A stretch of DNA of 64,000 bases. Source: Azolla caroliniana (Eukaryota > Plantae > Polypodiophyta). The position numbers were made by a program, and so were the translations under genes. The DNA lies in assembly GCA_043228905.1 (NCBI GenBank), contig JBHGNT010000010.1, forward strand, positions 14,384,001 through 14,448,000. The letters run 5' to 3'. Below are positions 28,437 through 43,089 of this stretch, in pieces (positions within the stretch are counted from its first letter, which is position 1; each line of letters opens with the position of its first letter). The notes under the pieces are model-generated. The model saw only the letters and a program-made list of their open reading frames with translations. It searched no databases and was not told where the DNA came from.

Positions 28437-28509
28437 TTCCATTGCCGGGAGTTGAACCCGGGTCTCTCGGGTGAGAGCCGAGTATCCTAACCAACTAGAC
28501 TACAATGGA
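28437..28509 (-). tRNA. trnE-CUC: tRNA-Glu(CUC), copy 15
   Basis: Same sequence as copy 1. Confidence 0.95.
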
Positions 28510-30056
28510 TCACATGTTGGGTGCTTTTTATCGTAACGATCATTGATTCGTAATAAATAATATTTATATATTGCGCAAACAAGGATCCGAACCAGCTAGA
28601 CTACAATGGAATTCATTTAGTAAATGATTTAGTTAATGCAATATTCCAGTGGTTCACTTCAAATATAGAAACATGGTGCAATGCTCATCGACAGTTGACC
28701 AATAGTCTGCGATCTATGCGTATTGCTTGAAATTGTATTGTGATATCCAAACTATAATTGTTGGTGTACTAATTTGTCGTACCAATGTTGACGACTAACC
28801 AAAACCAAATATACTGCTTCTTGTTGTCCCGAACAACATAATGTTGTCCCTAACCAACTAGATTACAATGGCTCCTATCTTGTGTATAGATATATTGCAA
28901 TCATAGATTAGTAACAAATAATATTTACATATTGCGCAAGCATCAACAAGAAACTGAGGATTACTCTCACACGCTCTCGTTTTTAACATTTAATCATTTC
29001 AAGGGGTTTTATCGATGCGACATTACATAATGATCTATGATGTATCTAGTTTTCCCAATGCCTATTGTTGTACCCCGGAGTCTCGTGTACAAAACAAGGA
29101 TCCGAACCAACTAGACTACAATAGAATTGATTTAGTGCATGAATTAGTTAATATAATATTCTAGTGCTTTGCTTCAAATAAAGAACTATGACGCAATGTT
29201 GATCGAGAGTTCACCATTATTCTACAATCTATGCGTAGTTCGGGAAACTCTATGAGGTTATCCAAACTATAATTGTCGGTGTACTAATTTGTCGCAACCA
29301 TGTTGACAAATAACCACGACTAAATATATTGTTTCTTCTTGTCCCGAACAACCTAATGTTTTGTCAAATTTCATTTGAAACCTCTCCTATTAATTGAATA
29401 ATGGGATTAAGTTTGCAAGCATCCACAAAAAAACTGAGGATTATTCTAACGCACTTTCATTTTTAACATTTAATAATGTCAAGGGCTTTTATCGATGCCA
29501 CATTAACTCATGATATATGATAGACCTGCTTGTACCCGGGCGTCTCAGGTAAAAAGCAAGGATCCGGGGCAACTTGATTACAATGGAATTCATTTAGTAA
29601 ATGAAATAGTGGATGTACCACTCTAGCCCTTTGTTACAAATAAAGAAACATGGTGCAATGCTCATCGTACCAATGTCCATTATTCTGCAATCTATGCGTA
29701 TTTTTTGAAATTGTATCCAGTTATCCAAACTATAATTGTTGGTGTACCAATTTGTCGTACCAATGTTGACGAATAACCACAGCCAAAGATGCTGCTTCTT
29801 GTTGTCCCGAACGACATAATGTTTTGTCCAATTTCATTTGAAACCTCTACCATGAATCGAATAATGGGATTAAGTTTAGAAATTGATGTTAGGAGAGAAA
29901 AATCAAACTAATGTTCGTCATCAATCCTTCAAACATAATATTGATTATTTTGTTAATTGCACATTATCGTAACATCTACTTTAGGTCTTGAGTTTTTGAG
30001 TTGTCAAACAGTTAACACATGATATGCGTCCGAAATTTAATATATGATATTGTCGT

Positions 30057-30129
30057 TTCCATTGCCGGGAGTTGAACCCGGGTCTCTCGGGTGAGAGCCG
30101 AGTATCCTAACCAACTAGACTACAATGGA
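30057..30129 (-). tRNA. trnE-CUC: tRNA-Glu(CUC), copy 16
   Basis: Same sequence as copy 1. Confidence 0.95.
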
Positions 30130-31676
30130 TCACATGTTGGGTGCTTTTTATCGTAACGATCATTGATTCGTAATAAATAATATTTATATATTGCGCAAAC
30201 AAGGATCCGAACCAGCTAGACTACAATGGAATTCATTTAGTAAATGATTTAGTTAATGCAATATTCCAGTGGTTCACTTCAAATATAGAAACATGGTGCA
30301 ATGCTCATCGACAGTTGACCAATAGTCTGCGATCTATGCGTATTGCTTGAAATTGTATTGTGATATCCAAACTATAATTGTTGGTGTACTAATTTGTCGT
30401 ACCAATGTTGACGACTAACCAAAACCAAATATACTGCTTCTTGTTGTCCCGAACAACATAATGTTGTCCCTAACCAACTAGATTACAATGGCTCCTATCT
30501 TGTGTATAGATATATTGCAATCATAGATTAGTAACAAATAATATTTACATATTGCGCAAGCATCAACAAGAAACTGAGGATTACTCTCACACGCTCTCGT
30601 TTTTAACATTTAATCATTTCAAGGGGTTTTATCGATGCGACATTACATAATGATCTATGATGTATCTAGTTTTCCCAATGCCTATTGTTGTACCCCGGAG
30701 TCTCGTGTACAAAACAAGGATCCGAACCAACTAGACTACAATAGAATTGATTTAGTGCATGAATTAGTTAATATAATATTCTAGTGCTTTGCTTCAAATA
30801 AAGAACTATGACGCAATGTTGATCGAGAGTTCACCATTATTCTACAATCTATGCGTAGTTCGGGAAACTCTATGAGGTTATCCAAACTATAATTGTCGGT
30901 GTACTAATTTGTCGCAACCATGTTGACAAATAACCACGACTAAATATATTGTTTCTTCTTGTCCCGAACAACCTAATGTTTTGTCAAATTTCATTTGAAA
31001 CCTCTCCTATTAATTGAATAATGGGATTAAGTTTGCAAGCATCCACAAAAAAACTGAGGATTATTCTAACGCACTTTCATTTTTAACATTTAATAATGTC
31101 AAGGGCTTTTATCGATGCCACATTAACTCATGATATATGATAGACCTGCTTGTACCCGGGCGTCTCAGGTAAAAAGCAAGGATCCGGGGCAACTTGATTA
31201 CAATGGAATTCATTTAGTAAATGAAATAGTGGATGTACCACTCTAGCCCTTTGTTACAAATAAAGAAACATGGTGCAATGCTCATCGTACCAATGTCCAT
31301 TATTCTGCAATCTATGCGTATTTTTTGAAATTGTATCCAGTTATCCAAACTATAATTGTTGGTGTACCAATTTGTCGTACCAATGTTGACGAATAACCAC
31401 AGCCAAAGATGCTGCTTCTTGTTGTCCCGAACGACATAATGTTTTGTCCAATTTCATTTGAAACCTCTACCATGAATCGAATAATGGGATTAAGTTTAGA
31501 AATTGATGTTAGGAGAGAAAAATCAAACTAATGTTCGTCATCAATCCTTCAAACATAATATTGATTATTTTGTTAATTGCACATTATCGTAACATCTACT
31601 TTAGGTCTTGAGTTTTTGAGTTGTCAAACAGTTAACACATGATATGCGTCCGAAATTTAATATATGATATTGTCGT

Positions 31677-31749
31677 TTCCATTGCCGGGAGTTGAACCCG
31701 GGTCTCTCAGGTGAGAGCCGAGTATCCTAACCAACTAGACTACAATGGA
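31677..31749 (-). tRNA. trnE-CUC: tRNA-Glu(CUC), copy 17, anticodon-stem variant (G30:U40 wobble)
   Basis: g>a at 31709 on + (ggtctctcag) changes the 3' anticodon stem CCGAG to CTGAG; otherwise as copy 1. Confidence 0.9.
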
Positions 31750-33296
31750 TCACATGTTGGGTGCTTTTTATCGTAACGATCATTGATTCGTAATAAATAA
31801 TATTTATATATTGCGCAAACAAGGATCCGAACCAGCTAGACTACAATGGAATTCATTTAGTAAATGATTTAGTTAATGCAATATTCCAGTGGTTCACTTC
31901 AAATATAGAAACATGGTGCAATGCTCATCGACAGTTGACCAATAGTCTGCGATCTATGCGTATTGCTTGAAATTGTATTGTGATATCCAAACTATAATTG
32001 TTGGTGTACTAATTTGTCGTACCAATGTTGACGACTAACCAAAACCAAATATACTGCTTCTTGTTGTCCCGAACAACATAATGTTGTCCCTAACCAACTA
32101 GATTACAATGGCTCCTATCTTGTGTATAGATATATTGCAATCATAGATTAGTAACAAATAATATTTACATATTGCGCAAGCATCAACAAGAAACTGAGGA
32201 TTACTCTCACACGCTCTCGTTTTTAACATTTAATCATTTCAAGGGGTTTTATCGATGCGACATTACATAATGATCTATGATGTATCTAGTTTTCCCAATG
32301 CCTATTGTTGTACCCCGGAGTCTCGTGTACAAAACAAGGATCCGAACCAACTAGACTACAATAGAATTGATTTAGTGCATGAATTAGTTAATATAATATT
32401 CTAGTGCTTTGCTTCAAATAAAGAACTATGACGCAATGTTGATCGAGAGTTCACCATTATTCTACAATCTATGCGTAGTTCGGGAAACTCTATGAGGTTA
32501 TCCAAACTATAATTGTCGGTGTACTAATTTGTCGCAACCATGTTGACAAATAACCACGACTAAATATATTGTTTCTTCTTGTCCCGAACAACCTAATGTT
32601 TTGTCAAATTTCATTTGAAACCTCTCCTATTAATTGAATAATGGGATTAAGTTTGCAAGCATCCACAAAAAAACTGAGGATTATTCTAACGCACTTTCAT
32701 TTTTAACATTTAATAATGTCAAGGGCTTTTATCGATGCCACATTAACTCATGATATATGATAGACCTGCTTGTACCCGGGCGTCTCAGGTAAAAAGCAAG
32801 GATCCGGGGCAACTTGATTACAATGGAATTCATTTAGTAAATGAAATAGTGGATGTACCACTCTAGCCCTTTGTTACAAATAAAGAAACATGGTGCAATG
32901 CTCATCGTACCAATGTCCATTATTCTGCAATCTATGCGTATTTTTTGAAATTGTATCCAGTTATCCAAACTATAATTGTTGGTGTACCAATTTGTCGTAC
33001 CAATGTTGACGAATAACCACAGCCAAAGATGCTGCTTCTTGTTGTCCCGAACGACATAATGTTTTGTCCAATTTCATTTGAAACCTCTACCATGAATCGA
33101 ATAATGGGATTAAGTTTAGAAATTGATGTTAGGAGAGAAAAATCAAACTAATGTTCGTCATCAATCCTTCAAACATAATATTGATTATTTTGTTAATTGC
33201 ACATTATCGTAACATCTACTTTAGGTCTTGAGTTTTTGAGTTGTCAAACAGTTAACACATGATATGCGTCCGAAATTTAATATATGATATTGTCGT

Positions 33297-33369
33297 TTCC
33301 ATTGCCGGGAGTTGAACCCGGGTCTCTCGGGTGAGAGCCGAGTATCCTAACCAACTAGACTACAATGGA
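33297..33369 (-). tRNA. trnE-CUC: tRNA-Glu(CUC), copy 18
   Basis: Same sequence as copy 1. Confidence 0.95.
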
Positions 33370-34916
33370 TCACATGTTGGGTGCTTTTTATCGTAACGAT
33401 CATTGATTCGTAATAAATAATATTTATATATTGCGCAAACAAGGATCCGAACCAGCTAGACTACAATGGAATTCATTTAGTAAATGATTTAGTTAATGTA
33501 ATATTCCAGTGGTTCACTTCAAATATAGAAACATGGTGCAATGCTCATCGACAGTTGACCAATAGTCTGCGATCTATGCGTATTGCTTGAAATTGTATTG
33601 TGATATCCAAACTATAATTGTTGGTGTACTAATTTGTCGTACCAATGTTGACGACTAACCAAAACCAAATATACTGCTTCTTGTTGTCCCGAACAACATA
33701 ATGTTGTCCCTAACCAACTAGATTACAATGGCTCCTATCTTGTGTATAGATATATTGCAATCATAGATTAGTAACAAATAATATTTACATATTGCGCAAG
33801 CATCAACAAGAAACTGAGGATTACTCTCACACGCTCTCGTTTTTAACATTTAATCATTTCAAGGGGTTTTATCGATGCGACATTACATAATGATCTATGA
33901 TGTATCTAGTTTTCCCAATGCCTATTGTTGTACCCCGGAGTCTCGTGTACAAAACAAGGATCCGAACCAACTAGACTACAATAGAATTGATTTAGTGCAT
34001 GAATTAGTTAATATAATATTCTAGTGCTTTGCTTCAAATAAAGAACCATGACGCAATGTTGATCGAGAGTTCACCATTATTCTACAATCTATGCGTAGTT
34101 CGGGAAACTCTATGAGGTTATCCAAACTATAATTGTCGGTGTACTAATTTGTCGCAACCATGTTGACAAATAACCACGACTAAATATATTGTTTCTTCTT
34201 GTCCCGAACAACCTAATGTTTTGTCAAATTTCATTTGAAACCTCTCCTATTAATTGAATAATGGGATTAAGTTTGCAAGCATCCACAAAAAAACTGAGGA
34301 TTATTCTAACGCACTTTCATTTTTAACATTTAATAATGTCAAGGGCTTTTATCGATGCCACATTAACTCATGATATATGATAGACCTGCTTGTACCCGGG
34401 CGTCTCAGGTAAAAAGCAAGGATCCGGGGCAACTTGATTACAATGGAATTCATTTAGTAAATGAAATAGTGGATGTACCACTCTAGCCCTTTGTTACAAA
34501 TAAAGAAACATGGTGCAATGCTCATCGTACCAATGTCCATTATTCTGCAATCTATGCGTATTTTTTGAAATTGTATCCAGTTATCCAAACTATAATTGTT
34601 GGTGTACCAATTTGTCGTACCAATGTTGACGAATAACCACAGCCAAAGATGCTGCTTCTTGTTGTCCCGAACGACATAATGTTTTGTCCAATTTCATTTG
34701 AAACCTCTACCATGAATCGAATAATGGGATTAAGTTTAGAAATTGATGTTAGGAGAGAAAAATCAAACTAATGTTCGTCATCAATCCTTCAAACATAATA
34801 TTGATTATTTTGTTAATTGCACATTATCGTAACATCTACTTTAGGTCTTGAGTTTTTGAGTTGTCAAACAGTTAACACATGATATGCGTCCGAAATTTAA
34901 TATATGATATTGTCGT

Positions 34917-34989
34917 TTCCATTGCCGGGAGTTGAACCCGGGTCTCTCGGGTGAGAGCCGAGTATCCTAACCAACTAGACTACAATGGA
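34917..34989 (-). tRNA. trnE-CUC: tRNA-Glu(CUC), copy 19
   Basis: Same sequence as copy 1. Confidence 0.95.
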
Positions 34990-36536
34990 TCACATGTTGG
35001 GTGCTTTTTATCGTAACGATCATTGATTCGTAATAAATAATATTTATATATTGCGCAAACAAGGATCCGAACCAGCTAGACTACAATGGAATTCATTTAG
35101 TAAATGATTTAGTTAATGTAATATTCCAGTGGTTCACTTCAAATATAGAAACATGGTGCAATGCTCATCGACAGTTGACCAATAGTCTGCGATCTATGCG
35201 TATTGCTTGAAATTGTATTGTGATATCCAAACTATAATTGTTGGTGTACTAATTTGTCGTACCAATGTTGACGACTAACCAAAACCAAATATACTGCTTC
35301 TTGTTGTCCCGAACAACATAATGTTGTCCCTAACCAACTAGATTACAATGGCTCCTATCTTGTGTATAGATATATTGCAATCATAGATTAGTAACAAATA
35401 ATATTTACATATTGCGCAAGCATCAACAAGAAACTGAGGATTACTCTCACACGCTCTCGTTTTTAACATTTAATCATTTCAAGGGGTTTTATCGATGCGA
35501 CATTACATAATGATCTATGATGTATCTAGTTTTCCCAATGCCTATTGTTGTACCCCGGAGTCTCGTGTACAAAACAAGGATCCGAACCAACTAGACTACA
35601 ATAGAATTGATTTAGTGCATGAATTAGTTAATATAATATTCTAGTGCTTTGCTTCAAATAAAGAACCATGACGCAATGTTGATCGAGAGTTCACCATTAT
35701 TCTACAATCTATGCGTAGTTCGGGAAACTCTATGAGGTTATCCAAACTATAATTGTCGGTGTACTAATTTGTCGCAACCATGTTGACAAATAACCACGAC
35801 TAAATATATTGTTTCTTCTTGTCCCGAACAACCTAATGTTTTGTCAAATTTCATTTGAAACCTCTCCTATTAATTGAATAATGGGATTAAGTTTGCAAGC
35901 ATCCACAAAAAAACTGAGGATTATTCTAACGCACTTTCATTTTTAACATTTAATAATGTCAAGGGCTTTTATCGATGCCACATTAACTCATGATATATGA
36001 TAGACCTGCTTGTACCCGGGCGTCTCAGGTAAAAAGCAAGGATCCGGGGCAACTTGATTACAATGGAATTCATTTAGTAAATGAAATAGTGGATGTACCA
36101 CTCTAGCCCTTTGTTACAAATAAAGAAACATGGTGCAATGCTCATCGTACCAATGTCCATTATTCTGCAATCTATGCGTATTTTTTGAAATTGTATCCAG
36201 TTATCCAAACTATAATTGTTGGTGTACCAATTTGTCGTACCAATGTTGACGAATAACCACAGCCAAAGATGCTGCTTCTTGTTGTCCCGAACGACATAAT
36301 GTTTTGTCCAATTTCATTTGAAACCTCTACCATGAATCGAATAATGGGATTAAGTTTAGAAATTGATGTTAGGAGAGAAAAATCAAACTAATGTTCGTCA
36401 TCAATCCTTCAAACATAATATTGATTATTTTGTTAATTGCACATTATCGTAACATCTACTTTAGGTCTTGAGTTTTTGAGTTGTCAAACAGTTAACACAT
36501 GATATGCGTCCGAAATTTAATATATGATATTGTCGT

Positions 36537-36609
36537 TTCCATTGCCGGGAGTTGAACCCGGGTCTCTCGGGTGAGAGCCGAGTATCCTAACCAACTAGAC
36601 TACAATGGA
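36537..36609 (-). tRNA. trnE-CUC: tRNA-Glu(CUC), copy 20
   Basis: Same sequence as copy 1. Confidence 0.95.
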
Positions 36610-36864
36610 TCACATGTTGGGTGCTTTTTATCGTAACGATCATTGATTCGTAATAAATAATATTTATATATTGCGCAAACAAGGATCCGAACCAGCTAGA
36701 CTACAATGGAATTCATTTAGTAAATGATTTAGTTAATGTAATATTCCAGTGGTTCACTTCAAATATAGAAACATGGTGCAATGCTCATCGACAGTTGACC
36801 AATAGTCTGCGATCTATGCGTATTGCTTGAAATTGTATTGTGATATCCAAACTATAATTGTTGG

Positions 36865-36890
36865 AGTACTCTGCGTTGATTACACTGCTT
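36865..36890 (-). other. SMART / PacBio ultra-low-input adapter-like sequence (technical artefact)
   Basis: agtactctgcgttgattacactgctt; reverse complement AAGCAGTGTAATCAACGCAGAGTACT matches AAGCAGTGGTATCAACGCAGAGTACT at 24 of 26 positions and replaces 26 bp of consensus in one unit only. Confidence 0.9.
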
Positions 36891-38156
36891 ACGACTAACC
36901 AAAACCAAATATACTGCTTCTTGTTGTCCCGAACAACATAATGTTGTCCCTAACCAACTAGATTACAATGGCTCCTATCTTGTGTATAGATATATTGCAA
37001 TCATAGATTAGTAACAAATAATATTTACATATTGCGCAAGCATCAACAAGAAACTGAGGATTACTCTCACACGCTCTCGTTTTTAACATTTAATCATTTC
37101 AAGGGGTTTTATCGATGCGACATTACATAATGATCTATGATGTATCTAGTTTTCCCAATGCCTATTGTTGTACCCCGGAGTCTCGTGTACAAAACAAGGA
37201 TCCGAACCAACTAGACTACAATAGAATTGATTTAGTGCATGAATTAGTTAATATAATATTCTAGTGCTTTGCTTCAAATAAAGAACCATGACGCAATGTT
37301 GATCGAGAGTTCACCATTATTCTACAATCTATGCGTAGTTCGGGAAACTCTATGAGGTTATCCAAACTATAATTGTCGGTGTACTAATTTGTCGCAACCA
37401 TGTTGACAAATAACCACGACTAAATATATTGTTTCTTCTTGTCCCGAACAACCTAATGTTTTGTCAAATTTCATTTGAAACCTCTCCTATTAATTGAATA
37501 ATGGGATTAAGTTTGCAAGCATCCACAAAAAAACTGAGGATTATTCTAACGCACTTTCATTTTTAACATTTAATAATGTCAAGGGCTTTTATCGATGCCA
37601 CATTAACTCATGATATATGATAGACCTGCTTGTACCCGGGCGTCTCAGGTAAAAAGCAAGGATCCGGGGCAACTTGATTACAATGGAATTCATTTAGTAA
37701 ATGAAATAGTGGATGTACCACTCTAGCCCTTTGTTACAAATAAAGAAACATGGTGCAATGCTCATCGTACCAATGTCCATTATTCTGCAATCTATGCGTA
37801 TTTTTTGAAATTGTATCCAGTTATCCAAACTATAATTGTTGGTGTACCAATTTGTCGTACCAATGTTGACGAATAACCACAGCCAAAGATGCTGCTTCTT
37901 GTTGTCCCGAACGACATAATGTTTTGTCCAATTTCATTTGAAACCTCTACCATGAATCGAATAATGGGATTAAGTTTAGAAATTGATGTTAGGAGAGAAA
38001 AATCAAACTAATGTTCGTCATCAATCCTTCAAACATAATATTGATTATTTTGTTAATTGCACATTATCGTAACATCTACTTTAGGTCTTGAGTTTTTGAG
38101 TTGTCAAACAGTTAACACATGATATGCGTCCGAAATTTAATATATGATATTGTCGT

Positions 38157-38229
38157 TTCCATTGCCGGGAGTTGAACCCGGGTCTCTCGGGTGAGAGCCG
38201 AGTATCCTAACCAACTAGACTACAATGGA
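38157..38229 (-). tRNA. trnE-CUC: tRNA-Glu(CUC), copy 21
   Basis: Same sequence as copy 1. Confidence 0.95.
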
Positions 38230-39776
38230 TCACATGTTGGGTGCTTTTTATCGTAACGATCATTGATTCGTAATAAATAATATTTATATATTGCGCAAAC
38301 AAGGATCCGAACCAGCTAGACTACAATGGAATTCATTTAGTAAATGATTTAGTTAATGTAATATTCCAGTGGTTCACTTCAAATATAGAAACATGGTGCA
38401 ATGCTCATCGACAGTTGACCAATAGTCTGCGATCTATGCGTATTGCTTGAAATTGTATTGTGATATCCAAACTATAATTGTTGGTGTACTAATTTGTCGT
38501 ACCAATGTTGACGACTAACCAAAACCAAATATACTGCTTCTTGTTGTCCCGAACAACATAATGTTGTCCCTAACCAACTAGATTACAATGGCTCCTATCT
38601 TGTGTATAGATATATTGCAATCATAGATTAGTAACAAATAATATTTACATATTGCGCAAGCATCAACAAGAAACTGAGGATTACTCTCACACGCTCTCGT
38701 TTTTAACATTTAATCATTTCAAGGGGTTTTATCGATGCGACATTACATAATGATCTATGATGTATCTAGTTTTCCCAATGCCTATTGTTGTACCCCGGAG
38801 TCTCGTGTACAAAACAAGGATCCGAACCAACTAGACTACAATAGAATTGATTTAGTGCATGAATTAGTTAATATAATATTCTAGTGCTTTGCTTCAAATA
38901 AAGAACCATGACGCAATGTTGATCGAGAGTTCACCATTATTCTACAATCTATGCGTAGTTCGGGAAACTCTATGAGGTTATCCAAACTATAATTGTCGGT
39001 GTACTAATTTGTCGCAACCATGTTGACAAATAACCACGACTAAATATATTGTTTCTTCTTGTCCCGAACAACCTAATGTTTTGTCAAATTTCATTTGAAA
39101 CCTCTCCTATTAATTGAATAATGGGATTAAGTTTGCAAGCATCCACAAAAAAACTGAGGATTATTCTAACGCACTTTCATTTTTAACATTTAATAATGTC
39201 AAGGGCTTTTATCGATGCCACATTAACTCATGATATATGATAGACCTGCTTGTACCCGGGCGTCTCAGGTAAAAAGCAAGGATCCGGGGCAACTTGATTA
39301 CAATGGAATTCATTTAGTAAATGAAATAGTGGATGTACCACTCTAGCCCTTTGTTACAAATAAAGAAACATGGTGCAATGCTCATCGTACCAATGTCCAT
39401 TATTCTGCAATCTATGCGTATTTTTTGAAATTGTATCCAGTTATCCAAACTATAATTGTTGGTGTACCAATTTGTCGTACCAATGTTGACGAATAACCAC
39501 AGCCAAAGATGCTGCTTCTTGTTGTCCCGAACGACATAATGTTTTGTCCAATTTCATTTGAAACCTCTACCATGAATCGAATAATGGGATTAAGTTTAGA
39601 AATTGATGTTAGGAGAGAAAAATCAAACTAATGTTCGTCATCAATCCTTCAAACATAATATTGATTATTTTGTTAATTGCACATTATCGTAACATCTACT
39701 TTAGGTCTTGAGTTTTTGAGTTGTCAAACAGTTAACACATGATATGCGTCCGAAATTTAATATATGATATTGTCGT

Positions 39777-39849
39777 TTCCATTGCCGGGAGTTGAACCCG
39801 GGTCTCTCGGGTGAGAGCCGAGTATCCTAACCAACTAGACTACAATGGA
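39777..39849 (-). tRNA. trnE-CUC: tRNA-Glu(CUC), copy 22
   Basis: Same sequence as copy 1. Confidence 0.95.
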
Positions 39850-41396
39850 TCACATGTTGGGTGCTTTTTATCGTAACGATCATTGATTCGTAATAAATAA
39901 TATTTATATATTGCGCAAACAAGGATCCGAACCAGCTAGACTACAATGGAATTCATTTAGTAAATGATTTAGTTAATGTAATATTCCAGTGGTTCACTTC
40001 AAATATAGAAACATGGTGCAATGCTCATCGACAGTTGACCAATAGTCTGCGATCTATGCGTATTGCTTGAAATTGTATTGTGATATCCAAACTATAATTG
40101 TTGGTGTACTAATTTGTCGTACCAATGTTGACGACTAACCAAAACCAAATATACTGCTTCTTGTTGTCCCGAACAACATAATGTTGTCCCTAACCAACTA
40201 GATTACAATGGCTCCTATCTTGTGTATAGATATATTGCAATCATAGATTAGTAATAAATAATATTTACATATTGCGCAAGCATCAACAAGAAACTGAGGA
40301 TTACTCTCACACGCTCTCGTTTTTAACATTTAATCATTTCAAGGGGTTTTATCGATGCGACATTACATAATGATCTATGATGTATCTAGTTTTCCCAATG
40401 CCTATTGTTGTACCCCGGAGTCTCGTGTAGAAAACAAGGATCCGAACCAACTAGACTACAATAGAATTGATTTAGTGCATGAATTAGTTAATATAATATT
40501 CTAGTGCTTTGCTTCAAATAAAGAACTATGACGCAATGTTGATCGAGAGTTCACCATTATTCTACAATCTATGCGTATTTCGGGAAACTCTATGAAGTTA
40601 TCCAAACTATAATTGCCGGTGTACTAATTTGTCGTAACCATGTTGACAAATAACCACGACTAAATATATTGTTTCTTCTTGTCCCGAACAACCTAATGTT
40701 TTGTCAAATTTCATTTGAAACCTCTCCTATTAATTGAATAATGGGATTAAGTTTGCAAGCATCCACAAAAAAACTGAGGATTATTCTAACGCACTTTCAT
40801 TTTTAACATTTAATAATGTCAAGGGCTTTTATCGATGCCACATTAACTCATGATATATGATAGACCTGCTTGTACCCGGGCGTCTCAGGTAAAAAGCAAG
40901 GATCCGGGGCAACTTGATTACAATGGAATTCATTTAGTAAATGAAATAGTGGATGTACCACTCTAGCCCTTTGTTACAAATAAAGAAACATGGTGCAATG
41001 CTCATCGTACCAATGTCCATTATTCTGCAATCTATGCGTATTTTTTGAAATTGTATCCAGTTATCCAAACTATAATTGTTGGTGTACCAATTTGTCGTAC
41101 CAATGTTGACGAATAACCACAGCCAAAGATGCTGCTTCTTGTTGTCCCGAACGACATAATGTTTTGTCCAATTTCATTTGAAACCTCTACCATGAATCGA
41201 ATAATGGGATTAAGTTTAGAAATTGATGTTAGGAGAGAAAAATCAAACTAATGTTCGTCATCAATCCTTCAAACATAATATTGATTATTTTGTTAATTGC
41301 ACATTATCGTAACATCTACTTTAGGTCTTGAGTTTTTGAGTTGTCAAACAGTTAACACATGATATGCGTCCGAAATTTAATATATGATATTGTCGT

Positions 41397-41469
41397 TTCC
41401 ATTGCCGGGAGTTGAACCCGGGTCTCTCGGGTGAGAGCCGAGTATCCTAACCAACTAGACTACAATGGA
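41397..41469 (-). tRNA. trnE-CUC: tRNA-Glu(CUC), copy 23
   Basis: Same sequence as copy 1. Confidence 0.95.
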
Positions 41470-43016
41470 TCACATGTTGGGTGCTTTTTATCGTAACGAT
41501 CATTGATTCGTAATAAATAATATTTATATATTGCGCAAACAAGGATCCGAACCAGCTAGACTACAATGGAATTCATTTAGTAAATGATTTAGTTAATGTA
41601 ATATTCCAGTGGTTCACTTCAAATATAGAAACATGGTGCAATGCTCATCGACAGTTGACCAATAGTCTGCGATCTATGCGTATTGCTTGAAATTGTATTG
41701 TGATATCCAAACTATAATTGTTGGTGTACTAATTTGTCGTACCAATGTTGACGACTAACCAAAACCAAATATACTGCTTCTTGTTGTCCCGAACAACATA
41801 ATGTTGTCCCTAACCAACTAGATTACAATGGCTCCTATCTTGTGTATAGATATATTGCAATCATAGATTAGTAATAAATAATATTTACATATTGCGCAAG
41901 CATCAACAAGAAACTGAGGATTACTCTCACACGCTCTCGTTTTTAACATTTAATCATTTCAAGGGGTTTTATCGATGCGACATTACATAATGATCTATGA
42001 TGTATCTAGTTTTCCCAATGCCTATTGTTGTACCCCGGAGTCTCGTGTAGAAAACAAGGATCCGAACCAACTAGACTACAATAGAATTGATTTAGTGCAT
42101 GAATTAGTTAATATAATATTCTAGTGCTTTGCTTCAAATAAAGAACTATGACGCAATGTTGATCGAGAGTTCACCATTATTCTACAATCTATGCGTATTT
42201 CGGGAAACTCTATGAAGTTATCCAAACTATAATTGCCGGTGTACTAATTTGTCGTAACCATGTTGACAAATAACCACGACTAAATATATTGTTTCTTCTT
42301 GTCCCGAACAACCTAATGTTTTGTCAAATTTCATTTGAAACCTCTCCTATTAATTGAATAATGGGATTAAGTTTGCAAGCATCCACAAAAAAACTGAGGA
42401 TTATTCTAACGCACTTTCATTTTTAACATTTAATAATGTCAAGGGCTTTTATCGATGCCACATTAACTCATGATATATGATAGACCTGCTTGTACCCGGG
42501 CGTCTCAGGTAAAAAGCAAGGATCCGGGGCAACTTGATTACAATGGAATTCATTTAGTAAATGAAATAGTGGATGTACCACTCTAGCCCTTTGTTACAAA
42601 TAAAGAAACATGGTGCAATGCTCATCGTACCAATGTCCATTATTCTGCAATCTATGCGTATTTTTTGAAATTGTATCCAGTTATCCAAACTATAATTGTT
42701 GGTGTACCAATTTGTCGTACCAATGTTGACGAATAACCACAGCCAAAGATGCTGCTTCTTGTTGTCCCGAACGACATAATGTTTTGTCCAATTTCATTTG
42801 AAACCTCTACCATGAATCGAATAATGGGATTAAGTTTAGAAATTGATGTTAGGAGAGAAAAATCAAACTAATGTTCGTCATCAATCCTTCAAACATAATA
42901 TTGATTATTTTGTTAATTGCACATTATCGTAACATCTACTTTAGGTCTTGAGTTTTTGAGTTGTCAAACAGTTAACACATGATATGCGTCCGAAATTTAA
43001 TATATGATATTGTCGT

Positions 43017-43089
43017 TTCCATTGCCGGGAGTTGAACCCGGGTCTCTCGGGTGAGAGCCGAGTATCCTAACCAACTAGACTACAATGGA
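43017..43089 (-). tRNA. trnE-CUC: tRNA-Glu(CUC), copy 24
   Basis: Same sequence as copy 1. Confidence 0.95.
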
